A DNA stretch of 58,790 bases, the filler included, from Sphacelaria rigidula (lineage: Eukaryota), in assembly GCA_964200075.2 (NCBI GenBank). It is 10 parts of 10 records of this genome, joined end to end, with 100 filler letters (N's around TTAATTAATTAA, not from the genome) between each part and the next. Parts side by side here need not be neighbours in the genome. Positions count along the whole stretch, not along the records: positions 11,779 to 17,567 come from CAXNAA020024450.1; positions 17,668 to 23,456 come from CAXNAA020024451.1; positions 23,557 to 29,345 come from CAXNAA020024452.1; 7 more parts are not named here. The stretch is one strand, 5' to 3'. Shown here one piece after another: positions 12,654 through 23,632 of the stretch. The translations under genes and the position numbers were made by a program. The notes beneath the pieces are model-generated. The model saw only the letters and a program-made list of their open reading frames with translations, was not told the DNA's origin and ran no database searches. Positions within the stretch are counted from its first letter, which is position 1. The number at the start of each line of letters is the position of its first letter.

Positions 12654-13118
12654 GCGGCAATACAGCGATACTTGCGCAAGAGGGCGCGGCGGCCTTACGT
12701 TAAGGCGGCGCGCGAGCAAGATCCGGCGCGCGAGCTCCAGAACAAGTCGCGAGAAAGACCGAGGGAAAACGGCAAGTTCAAAAAGGCGAGGCCCGACTTC
12801 GTGTCAATCACCGCCGTCCAGTCGCCCAACGACGGCGGTCGGACGGTCAGCGCCGAAGTCCCTGTTGTCCCAATTGTCTCCAACGCTGCTGCTGCGGGCG
12901 GCGGCGGTGGTGGCAGCGATGGCGGCGGTTGTAGTGGAGGGGGTGGCGCGGGTGGGTTGGGCCAAAAGGAACGGCCGTTGAATCATGCCGGGGCCGAACG
13001 GAGTGAAGGGGTCAAGGCGGAGAAAGAGCTGCGGGAAGAGCCGCGACAGCAGCAAAAAGAGAAGGGAAATAAGAAGCAAAAGCAGAAGCAGAAGAGGGAT
13101 GCTCCTAATTCCAAGTAG
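12654..13118 (+). CDS. Terminal exon of a protein with a divergent CCT (CONSTANS/CO-like/TOC1) motif
   Basis: CTAAT branch-like motif, pyrimidine tract and TGCAG| acceptor. AAIQRYLRKRARRPYVK...RPRENGKFKK aligns with the CCT consensus RYxxKRxxRxFxK...RPRxxGxF. Gly-rich and basic tail to TAG. Confidence 0.7.
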   Translation, partial: AAIQRYLRKRARRPYVKAAREQDPARELQNKSRERPRENGKFKKARPDFVSITAVQSPNDGGRTVSAEVPVVPIVSNAAAAGGGGGGSDGGGCSGGGGAGGLGQKERPLNHAGAERSEGVKAEKELREEPRQQQKEKGNKKQKQKQKRDAPNSK

Positions 13119-14497
13119 CTTTGGAGCGAATTTGCCTGTGTACTGTCCTGTGAAATGAAAGTAGAGATTATACCGGTTGTCGGTAATGGACGAATGTATT
13201 TTGTTTCCTTTCCTGTGATGTTTCTGTTGCTGTCCGCTGTTTTTTTTATTCGTTTGTTGTGCACCTGGCAGGCATGTCACATACGTGTGGAAGCTGTATA
13301 CTGTGTACGTTTCTTCTGGGTCAAATTTGTTTGACTGGGTTGTGCTGGTTGGCTGAGTGGAATTTTCGTTCGGTGCTGATTTTTAGTTCCCATGCGTTGA
13401 CTTGGTTGGTTGGGATTTGCTTTACATTGGTTGTTATGTTTGGTGTGGTTGTTGTGGTGCTTATTTCGCCGCGGAGGGAGACGTAGTATTTCTGACAGAG
13501 ATGTATGTATATACAGTACATTTTCTGCTCTCACAATTTTGCTGTGTTTTTTATGATGTATGTTTTCTGTACGATAGACGCTGTGTATGTAGAGCTTTTA
13601 CTTTTTATTTTCTTCCAATGACGTCGAAATCACTCCGCCCGCCTCTATTTTCATGATAACTCTAGAGGGCGCTCGGCTTGTCGCTGCTGTGTACGTCGAC
13701 ATTGTTGCGTATACGTTGATCGATTGATTGATAATCGGACATTCACCGATCCCCTATGGATCTAGCCGTGCTCACATGATAGACCTACCCGGAATGCATA
13801 CGCTGTCGTTTCTCGCGCTACCCGGATGTGCCCGCTCTTCTGTCTGTCTGGCGTGTATTTTTAGTGACTGTATTTTTTGTATTTTTTCGTCTACTCCCTT
13901 GCGGGGGTTGGATATCCTTTGCTCACTCCGTGGCGTTGCTGCTCGCGCAGCACATGGCATCTTTGCAGTTGATGATTCATCATGCGGGTTAGTCAGTAGT
14001 GGTAGAGATTGCTGTTGCGGTTGGACGAACAAGATGATACGTGGAGAAGGACGAAATGCGGGGCGTGGTCACCATGGGCCTGCGCAACGGGAATCTGGTT
14101 GGCTCACTATACACCTATATAGTATGCAGAGTAGTAGCGTATCTGGTCGTGTATTTCTCTTGTGTCGTGGTATATGCGTCCGAAGAGGTCCGCACTCTTT
14201 ATAGCGCTTGTTCCCGCGGCTAACTGTACGTCGGGCGTACCAAGTTGAGTCAGTGTTGTCCTTTCACTTTTTTTTAGCTACAGTAGATATATTCCCTTGC
14301 GTTTATTTCAGTGCCACTTACACGCTTGGATCACCGCCCACGAAATATGTAGCCTTCTTGAAAGAAGGCTGCTGGCCAGTAGGTCGTGGTGTATGGCAGA
14401 TATGTTGAAAATAGATGGAAAAACAACATGCTCATACAATACGAAAGATACACATCCCGATCGAAGCCGCCCCGCCGCCTCGTTTGTCATGACAATG

Positions 14498-14762
14498 GAG
14501 CAATGCTACGGTAGAGGTGCACTTTTTGCGCAAGATCTTGTCTGGTTCAGGGGCTCCTAACGATTCTAGATGCACAAGAATATGGGTCAGGACATCCCCA
14601 TTTGCAAATTCATTTATTATTCTGGATATCCCTAGCACATTGAAATAGTAATCCTGGCGTACTCTCACTTATTTAATAAAACTCTTGTTTCGGATAAGAT
14701 AAAGGGCTCCCAACAATTCTAACCTGAGGGAGCATTTTTGCACCCCTACCGTAGTATTACTC
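14498..14762. mobile_element. MITE with GAG...CTC termini and 4-bp TSD (Sola-like), copy B
   Basis: GAGCAATGCTACGGTAGAGGTGCA / TGCACCCCTACCGTAGTATTACTC, flanked by AATG on both sides. Internal sequence is the reverse complement of copy A. Confidence 0.85.
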
Positions 14763-15208
14763 AATGGTACGAGCAGGACCAGCTGACAGTGATTTTTGAA
14801 TGTTTCCGGGCCCGGCTGTGGGTAGTTCAAGGGGTTAGGCGCGGAATTTTTGACACGACATTTTGATCAACACGCGCAACATTTTTAGGGATGCCTTGAA
14901 GAAAAAACAAACAGAAAGTTGGAGCGATTTGAAGTTTCAGCAAAAACTGGAAAAGGGCTACAACTCCGTGAAAAAATAAGAAATATGGCGGCATCCCCAG
15001 CACTGTTGTGCGTACTCGCGTGCCGGAGATCCTGGTAAAAGCTCGGCCAAATATACCTCAACTTGGGCGCCGCATCGCACTTTTCCTGTGACACAGCCGT
15101 GCCCCTTTAGTCCAAGCGATACCGGAGACTTCAGTTATGGAGGTCACGAGGTCAATCCCGATAAATTCTCTTGTTTTTCGTTCCGTCGTTGAGGTTACAT
15201 GTTACGTA

Positions 15209-15757
15209 CAGTAGTGGGCGGTCTAACTATTCATTTTGTGGCATTTTGTGCTTTTTTCGTAATTGACGATTTTCTTGGGCTCTATTTGCTTGCCACGGCT
15301 TATCACTTTGGACATCTGAAGACATCGGTATCCGCTCCACGTTCCAATATTTTTTTCTATCTTTACTCAATATTGAGTGACTTACGGGCTGATCGGTCAT
15401 CGGGGGTTCTGCCACGTTTCAGCCCAGATTCTTACTCTTCGATATTTCCATTCGATCGAGCCTGCCCCCATCATATTTGTGGAGAAATGTGCAGGTTCAT
15501 TTTTTTGAAATTCCACCTAATCATTGCCCTAGAGCCGCAAAACTGTGTTTCACGGGTAATAACACCCTCCTGATAAACGGGGTATTTACTCGTATCGCCC
15601 GATAACACCAACGGACACTGACTTGGTCAGTGTGTTTAGAGGATGATCTATATTTTGTACCAAAATCTACCGATGCTAGCAACTTCGACTTCTATCAAAG
15701 TGTAGTACGCGAGGAAAATCCCAAAACATCCCTGAATAATTAGACCGCCAACTACTG
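15209..15757. mobile_element. Tc1/mariner-type non-autonomous element, 549 bp, TA TSD
   Basis: TA-CAGTAGTGGGCGGTCTAACTATTCA ... TGAATAATTAGACCGCCAACTACTG-TA. An inverted homologue lies at 47860-48411. Confidence 0.88.
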
Positions 15758-16250
15758 TAGTATATATATATATATACATATATATTCTTAGTTCAGCGGC
15801 GGCGCCGCGCGTTACCGGGTTGGTCTCCAGTTTGCAGCGATATGCGCAAGTCGGGCTGATTCGGTAAACTTGATAAGTTATGGTGTGACATGCAAATGCG
15901 AGATTTACTGCTGGCTCAGCTCGTACATGGAAAGCATCGCGTCGGACCGATGAAGAATGATTTCCAGCGGATGGATCCGTTTTTTTTCCTTTCTGCAAAA
16001 CACCTGATAATTTCTACCGTTGAAAAGGAAGAGGACGTGAGAGGTGAAAGTAAATAATTGATTCGACACGAGTCAGCGCGAGGCAGGAGGATGATGGCGG
16101 CGACGACGATGACGATGGCGATGGCGATGACGGCGGCGTTAGTGCCCAACTTTCGCGGTTGTTTCGTCCTATTTCTATTCGTTTGTACCATGCTCTATTG
16201 GTGAGAACCAGGGAAATAAATAGCAGAAAATAAACAAAAAATTGCACATT

Positions 16251-16685
16251 AAACACGGGATTTTACAAATTGGAGATGGATCTTTGGTTGGGGATGAAAA
16301 CCCGTAGAATAAAAATCTTCGTATCCACACCAAATATTCGAAGTATGCCTCCCTTTCTTCACTTGCTGGTAGCTATTTACAACTACTACACGACATTCAA
16401 ATTTGGATTTCGGCAACCGAAATGTTGGGGTCCTAGGTGAAAAACCGATTTTGGGGGATTTTAGGTGTCCGATCGGACGCCCAGTTTGTTTTTTATCACG
16501 TTGGACCCCGATATTTCGGTTATTGAAATCCAACTTTGTATGGCGTGTTGTAGTTGTCAATAGCTACCAGCAAGTGAAGAAAGGGAAGCATATTTCGAAG
16601 ATTCGGTGTGGATACGAAGATTTTAATTCTACAGGTTTTCATCCCCAACCAAACATCCATCCCCAATTTGTAAAATCCTGTGTTA
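16251..16685. mobile_element. Foldback element, ~435 bp, with ~190-bp inverted arms
   Basis: AACACGGGATTTTACAAATTGG... / ...CCAATTTGTAAAATCCTGTGTT, with arms complementary almost to the centre. Related sequence at 27680-28062 and short pieces at ~11645-11678 and ~35200-35234. Confidence 0.88.
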
Positions 16686-17287
16686 CATAAGGCTGCGTCT
16701 CTCACGACTGCCATTTTTTGGCGATTCGTCGCCAATTCAGGTCCTGAACGGGGGCTTGGCGGACTGTGCCACCCCGCAAAGACGTGCTGCATTCTCCGAG
16801 AAGATTCCAGCTCACGTTGCCGTTCTTTCGTACCCCCAGCTTGACTTACATGCAGACTAGCATTTCTCATACAATCCAGAAGGTCTTTTGGGCGAATATC
16901 AAAAACGTGTACATAAGTCAGACATAATAGTTATATGATGAATCGTTAATCCGGCCAGAAGTCAACTGGGGCGTACGAAAAATCGGCAAAGTGCGCCGAA
17001 ATCCTCTCAGAGAGTGAATCAAGTCTTGTCCGGCGTCGCACAATTTAAGGCAGCATAATCCGCCAAGCCCCGTTTTGGCGCCAAAATAAGCGCAGGACAG
17101 CCAAAATGGGTTATTTCCAGAGCTTATTGTCATACCCATACGAGGCGTCGTGATGAATACACGCACCACTCGACCTCTGACTAAAACTATAGTAGGACAC
17201 TCGTCACTTGTCGATACCATGCATCAATGGTCATCATCCATCATCCGTCATCATAATTGTGACTACCTATCACCATCGTAATCACAG

Positions 17288-17464
17288 TCATCGACCACTA
17301 CTATCTTCCGACGCAGCGCCCCGAATGGCATCAGCGACAGCCAATGCCTGCGACACGCTCATGACGTTATGCACCCGTACGATGTTAGCCCCTCGTTCCG
17401 CTGAGGCGCAGCATGCCCCCACCGTGCCCCAATCTCGGCGGGAAGCTTCTTTTTCGCCGGTCAG
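17288..17464 (-). CDS. folP: Terminal exon of dihydropteroate synthase, probably part of a HPPK-DHPS fusion
   Basis: CTGCAG| acceptor. LTGEKEASRRDWGTVGACCASAERGANIVRVHNVMSVSQALAVADAI carries the DHPS C-terminal signature GAxIVRVH(D/N)V and RDxGT. Confidence 0.9.
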   Translation of the reverse strand: MTGEKEASRRDWGTVGACCASAERGANIVRVHNVMSVSQALAVADAIRGAASEDSSGR

Positions 17465-17511
17465 CTGCAGGATGGGAACATGGGACAGGGGGGACACAAT
17501 TTTGGTATGTT

Positions 17512-17567
17512 GCCGGGGAGGGGGGTGTACTCATGATCATGTATGCCATAGTCATCAGACCATTGAC
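17512..17567 (-). mobile_element. 3' end of a second, related LINE subfamily with C-tail. Other copies at 38757-38800, 39411-39500 and 43036-43105
   Basis: Reverse complement GTCAATGGTCTGATGACTATGGCATACATGATCATGAGTACACCCCCC aligns with the main family's GTCAATGGTCAAACGACTAAGGCAAGCAACAAATGAGTACGCCCC. Confidence 0.75.
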
Positions 17568-17667
17568 NNNNNNNNNNNNNNNNNNNNNNNNNNNNNNNNN
17601 NNNNNNNNNNNTTAATTAATTAANNNNNNNNNNNNNNNNNNNNNNNNNNNNNNNNNNNNNNNNNNNN

Positions 17668-17820
17668 TTTCTTCCATACAGTACACAAAAACCCTTTACA
17701 TATCTTATCCCCGCCCTGTTTCGCCGTCTCTCTGGCCACCATCTATCTCCTAGTCTAGCCATCGTTTTCTCCCGAGTGTCTAATGCATCGAAATATTTCA
17801 TGCCACCTTCGTTCACGTCC
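17668..17820 (-). mobile_element. 5'-truncated LINE fragment
   Basis: NEGGMKYFDALDTREKTMARLGDRWW matches the C-terminus of the LINE at 36950-37100. It is bounded by a G-run. Confidence 0.88.
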
Positions 17821-17989
17821 GGGGGGGGGGGTTATCTTCCATCACCGAACGTACCTCTTCTGAAGTGCGCGTCATTCTATTCCTTCTAAAATGTTTGCAA
17901 CAGCGACACTGTACAATACATCAAATACAGTCTCAGCCAGCCGACAATATCAAGAATTCAATAAAAATACTGACTACATACATGCATGC

Positions 17990-18152
17990 GTCCCCCGTTG
18001 GTCTCTCTAACTGGTGGGTCTCCCGAACTGCTACACCAACGAAGGGTCAGTCATGGTGGAAGGTTAAGGGTTCGAATCCCGACAGATTCCGTCGCTCTGA
18101 GCTGCCTCTGTTTTTCGTGGTCTAAAAGCGTGAGTAACTTCGTGACTAGTAA
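17990..18152 (+). mobile_element. tRNA-derived SINE-like repeat. Related copies at ~49850-50000, ~50020-50160 and ~57708-57865
   Basis: Pol III B-box GGTTCGAATCCC (also at ~57764), with similar downstream GCGTGAGT..GTGA.TAG-like tails. No complete cloverleaf. Confidence 0.5.
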
Positions 18153-18948
18153 TAGGTCTCATGAACGAAGCAATGTTTTTCACTTGTTTCACTTCACTTT
18201 TTCGTCAAAATTGGAATGTTGCTGATGCTAGAATTTTCGGAGAAACCCGTTGTCAGTCTTGAAAATATTGATTTTTATTGTCTGACCTACTGTAATAATC
18301 CTGTGGGAACTAGACCCCCAGAAAGTGCTGATTTTTGTTCTTGTGAATCGGCACCATTTTCAGTCATTTCCAAGGGAGAATGATGTCGATTCACAAAGAT
18401 TCACAGAGATTCACACAACAAAAATCAGCACTTTAGCTCGCAAAGGGTTCAAGACAGCTACTTTCAACAATGATGGACATTCTTTTTTCCTCGCAAAAAT
18501 TCGGATGTTTCGGGGGGAAAGTAGACTCGTGAATGACACTCTTACACGAAAACTTCGAGGACAATTGGCGCGAAAGTGCTAGTCCAATGAGCGAAAGTGC
18601 TAGTCCAAGGTACTCGAGGAGGGATGGATAGTGATTAATCCCTTCACCCCTTGAGACAGCGAAATGAGTACGCCCCCCCCTTGAGACAGCGGACTCACTC
18701 GTCTCGAGCAAGGGGAAGGGGAAGGGGAAGGGGAGAAGTTAAGGAAATTTGATCTCACTTTCATTGATTCTTAAATTATTGCCATCATCATCATTATCAT
18801 TATAATGATTATTGAGTTATGGTTGTTGACTATTAGTCAGTATAATGATGAGATGGTGACGATGATTATGACTGTGATGATTGTGAGTATCGTTTTATGA
18901 TTCTATGATTACCATTACCATAAAAAGCGAAAGAAAGGGAGAACTCGC

Positions 18949-19408
18949 CTGGGCTGCTGCTCTCGCTGCTTCTGCTTTCGCTGCTTCTGCTTTCGCTACT
19001 TCTGCTTTCGCGGCTTCTGCTCTCGCTGCTTCTGCTTTCGCTGCTTCTGCTTTCGCTGCTTCTGCTCTCGCTGCTTCTGCTCTCGCTGCTTCTGCTCTCG
19101 CTGCTTCTGCTTTCGCGGCTTCTGCTCTCGCTGCTTCTGCTTTCGCGGCTTCTGCTTTCGCTGCTTCTGCTTTCGCGGCTTCTGCTTTCGCAGCTTCTGC
19201 TTTTGCTGCCTTTGCTTTCGCGGCCTCTGCTTTCGCTGCTTCTGCCTTCGCTGCTGCTGCTTTCGCTGCTGCTGCTTTTGCTGCTTCTGCTTTTGCTCCT
19301 TGGGCCTTTACTTCCGCTTCCGCTCCTGCTTTTGCTTCTAGGGGAGGTGGAGCGGCTGAACCGTTGTCCTTTGCTTTTGCTTCTGCTGGAGTCGAAGCAG
19401 CAGCCCTA
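18949..19408 (-). CDS. Exon 2 of an unknown protein, with 22 AEAA(K/R) pentapeptide repeats (15-bp minisatellite)
   Basis: TGCAG| acceptor in phase 2 matches the phase-2 donor of the exon at 22089-22510. Open frame. Ends at CAG|GCGAGT, a GC-type donor. Confidence 0.7.
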
Positions 19409-19527
19409 CTGCACCAATCATCAATCACCCATCAACGGGTGAGCCACAGGCAAGGGCAAAGACAGGCTAAATTCGCAGAAAAGCGGTATCGGGGCACACC
19501 ATCGGTAATCCAGGCCACGTTTTTGAT

Positions 19528-19668
19528 CTTGTCGAGTTCAATACATTCGAAAAACTCGGTGAGAGCCCAAAATTTTACACATGTCACACATTGGCAAATA
19601 CTTGTCGAGTTCAATACATGGGAAAAACTCAGTGAGAGCCCAAAATTCGACACATGTCACACAATAGC
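19528..19668. repeat. 73-bp tandem duplication, intronic
   Basis: CTTGTCGAGTTCAATACAT..GAAAAACTC.GTGAGAGCCCAAAATT..ACACATGTCACACA at 19528 and 19601. Confidence 0.9.
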
Positions 19669-21276
19669 ATGTAATTAGCAGTGGTGCAGTCCGATTTGGG
19701 CGGGGGGTGCATTGGCGTAGGGGACGAGTAAACACCCGTCCCCGGGGGTGTTTTCCACCGTAAATCCAGGGGGTTTATATCCAGCGTTTAGACCTGTGCC
19801 GTACAAATGGCAATACGTTTGGATGACATCAAGGTGTTTCTAGGATACTTGAATTACGAAAATAATGCAAAGATGAAATATAGTTCCTTACCCGGGATCG
19901 AAGGCAGACTGCATTTGGAGCGGGACAGATTCGCTTGGTAGCGTATCAATGAGATCGTTCCAATTCGCTTGGGAAACGTCAGGGGAGTACTCTAAAACCA
20001 AGTGTTCCTGCCGTCTAACTCGTAGCGCGTTCCAAACCCAATACAGTATCATAGATGATACAGTACTGCACACAGAACACAATGCAGTAGTACGGTACAG
20101 TACAGGCGCCTAACGCACGACACCAGCAGGAGTGTCGCAGCAACGGACAGCGCGTTGTTCGTCTTACGGAAGACCAAACAGTCAACACACCCGTGAAGCT
20201 TTCAACAGTGTGCAGCCAGCACTGCGTGCCGACTTACATTATTTACTGCAGAGACGAAAACAACGACAATATCGCAGCCCATGCAATCCAAACCGTGTTC
20301 GCAATGCGTGAGCATACCACAACAGTACAGACGGTGGAAGCTCCGGCACATGAGAGAGAGCCTGAGTGTTTTGGCTGCGGAACAGTAGTGAAACAGGGCA
20401 TGTCCTATGTTTACTCCTCCGTCTGACTGTGGAGAGGTCGTCAATTCTGGGCCTGTGCCGACTTCGAACACTCGGCCATAGTCGCGCTTCTTTCAATTCA
20501 CTTTGTCTTACCCTCATCTGTGTGTGGGAGGTTTGGCTCGTGATGCGAATTTAATCAAGCAGATTCTGCCTCGGTACATCTTCTTTTTGCTGGATTTAAC
20601 GAATACATCCCACACGGGTGGTTTCTACCGTTTTGGTATGTTACACATGACTGGCGTTGGTTTTAAGCACACGAACTCATCGATAGAACTTGAAAAATAA
20701 TGAAGTATTCGTCCCCGACCCTCCATTTTTCCCCACCTGGGGATGAAATCGTTCCATCCCCTCCCCAAGTAGGATGGGGTTGCCATCTACAGTTTTCACT
20801 AGATACATGGACCTTTGCACACGAATGGTGATGCTCCGCGGGAGGTATCGTGAACATCCTATTCCATCATGATCCATTTTTGCCCCCATGTCCTTTTCCG
20901 GGGATGAAATCAATGCATCTCCTCCCCGAACAATAAAAGCGGGAAGATGGGGCGTGTTATCCGACGTTTGAGGCATTTCCGGCCGGGAAACAATGAATCT
21001 GAACACGTGACCGGTACCAATAGCAAGACTACAATTGTCTCAAACATATTATACCTCCTATTCTTCTTCACGGCACTGCAGACACCCCGGAGACGATAGT
21101 ATCCCATGCCCTCCTTACGTACGCACGTGCTGGGATCACAAGCAAGGGTCTGACGAAGTAATGATTGGGCTTCTACTTATCATGCTAGTACGGTTTTCCC
21201 AAATAGCGACCAATCATTATTTTCAACATGAACGAATTCTTTAAAAACTGTGCTAGCATGATAACTACAAGTCTAG

Positions 21277-21405
21277 TAATGATTCGTCTGGTAATTACTT
21301 GATTTCAGTGTAATTGATTCGTACCGTACGAATCAATCCTGAGGCTTCGTTTTCAGCGTTGCAACCCAGGTACGCGCAGCCCAGGCACATGGAATGGCGC
21401 AAAAA
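21277..21405. repeat. Interspersed repeat shared with 35335-35464 (inverted)
   Basis: TTTTCAGCGTTGCAACCCAGGTACGCGCAGCCCAG..GGAATGGCGCAAAA is the reverse complement of the start of contig 7. Confidence 0.8.
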
Positions 21406-22088
21406 TGCGTGGAGACCTTCTCGACCAGCGGTCACTTTTTTCTCTATTTCCCGTCTTTTTCGAGGAATCAGGCTAGAAAAATCGTGAACTTGGTGATTCG
21501 AACCGGCGACGATTCGTCCGGCCCGTGATCATAACCTACCGTCAGTGCCTATTAAATATGGATGACGATGCACCTGAACCCGTGAGTGATCACTAGAGCA
21601 TATGCATCGTATTTGCTGGTTCGAGGCAACCCCTTCCCCTCTCCCTGACGACAAGCTGAGCATATGTCCTCCTCAAACACCCTTGCCTGGGGGGGAGAGT
21701 GTTATTTGACGTATTGGCCGTTTGCGGGCAGACTACATTACGCTTCTGAACGGATGAAAGGTATCATCGAAACATTGACACCCTCATCATGTACCCTTGA
21801 TGATAGTCAGAGCCCATGGTGAGAAGAAAAAAAAAGAGCGCATGTAGCTAGCTATGTCAGCAATCTCTAAATAAATATACGTTTTTTTTCCTTCTGATCT
21901 ATGAGAGGATTTTTTTTCTTCTTAATTTCACATTTTTCAACAATTTTCCGATTGAGACGCGGCAGGTCACTTCATGGGGAGAGAACTAGTCGATGAGTCA
22001 ATCTGTGGATGACCCAACCAACTAACCAATCAACCATTCCACCCAGGAATTGATCAATCAGTCGTCTCTCGTCATTTCCTGCTCTCAC

Positions 22089-22510
22089 CTGGCTTCTCGT
22101 ACCCGTAGCCCCGCTTTTGCTCTAGCCTCCTCCACGGCTTCTTCCTCTTCTTCCTTCCCGTTCCCGTCGCCCTCTTTTTGTTCCGGTTCGGCCTTTCCAG
22201 TGCCGTTTCGAGTGACCACCTTCTCTTCGCCGCCCCCGACCTCCTGTCCGTTTGCCTCCTTCTTGTTGGAGCTCCTGTCTTTGCTACCTTTGCTGTCTTT
22301 GCTGCCTTTGCTGTTGCTGTCTTTCTTGCCGTTGTTGTTGCTATTGTTGTCGTGCTTGCTGCTATCTTTGTTGCTGATGGCGCTTTTCGCCTTGTTATTC
22401 GCGGAGGCGTTACTGTTGCTCTCTTTACTGCTATTTTCTTCCTTCGCTCTCTCTTCGTTCTCCTTCCGCGCTTCGGCCTGTCGGGGAGGTTCGTTTGAAG
22501 CCCCGCCCAT
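22089..22510 (-). CDS. Probable first exon of the AEAAK-repeat protein (hydrophilic, S/N/K/E-rich)
   Basis: ATG-initiated ORF MGGASNEPPRQ...LRVREA ending at AG|GTGAGA. It splices in frame to 19408. Confidence 0.65.
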
Positions 22511-23098
22511 GTCCCAACATCAAATTTCATTAATTTTTTTAGTAAATACCCTAAACCATCGTTTTCTTCAGACGCGGACGCCTGCGAGAGTCGGGGCTCC
22601 CTCCAGATCTAAAGCGATCTAGATCACTTTCGGAGATGATCTGAGAGTTCCAGATCAGGTCGCGCGCGCTATTATTTTGATTCTAGAGTGGTACACTGAG
22701 GCCAAGTGATTCATAAATCCACATTTGGATCACGTAACGTCATCTGAAGTTGTTCAGATCAGATCCGGACCTGATCTGTTCGGTCTAGATCACTTTTCGG
22801 GTGATCTGCGCGTCATTGGTTTCATCATTTCTTGTTTGTTCATTACTCTTTTTGTGACTGGGCCGAGATTCCGAGTGATGCCGCCACAGCCCCCTCCCTC
22901 CGAACCAGCCCCGAAACTACCGCGAAAAAAATACCCATACGGCGAATGGTAGGTGGTTTCAGACTTCATCAAGCCCCTCATATGTTCGACAATGGTGAAA
23001 ATGACCCCAACCGTATGAGTTCCCAGCTAATCGGTGTGCTCGGATTTGGTCATTTTGGTTCACATGTAGATTTTGCCTCCTCACACTAGCCGTTTGAT

Positions 23099-23178
23099 GG
23101 GGGGGGGGGCGCGTACTCTTTTATTGCCTGCCCTAGTCGTTTGACCATTGACCACGCATCCTTTTTGGGACGGAGCAC
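23099..23178 (-). mobile_element. LINE 3'-end fragment with C-tail
   Basis: G-run followed by CGCGTACTC..TTGCCTGCCCTAGTCGTTTGACCATTGACCACGCATCC. Confidence 0.85.
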
Positions 23179-23632
23179 TTTGGGGGGTAAGCGATCGCGG
23201 CATTACTCTCCTTCAGACCCGCACTCAGTGGTACCGCACTTCATGGGAGGTTCGATCTGGAATTCCACTAAAAATTACCGTGACTATAAACACGCATACA
23301 CGAAATAAATAAAAAATAAAACCCTGAATAAGAAGCCAGTCAACGCCAAAGCAAAAAGCAGACAGCAAGAGGTGGGACAAAACCAAATGAAACCGTTGAA
23401 AAAAAAAAAAAGGAAAAAAAAGTGACGTTTCCCGCCCCCACTAAAAAAAAATAAAANNNNNNNNNNNNNNNNNNNNNNNNNNNNNNNNNNNNNNNNNNNN
23501 TTAATTAATTAANNNNNNNNNNNNNNNNNNNNNNNNNNNNNNNNNNNNNNNNNNNNATTTGGATTTACGTGAATATTTTGCCTCCCAAAACCATGCACTT
23601 TTGGGGGGGGGGGCTATGGTAGAAAGTGTCAT

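Noticed and set aside
18905..19678. 257-aa AASAF-repeat ORF on the + strand
   Set aside because: It is the antisense shadow of the AEAAK exon. Splice phases support the minus strand.
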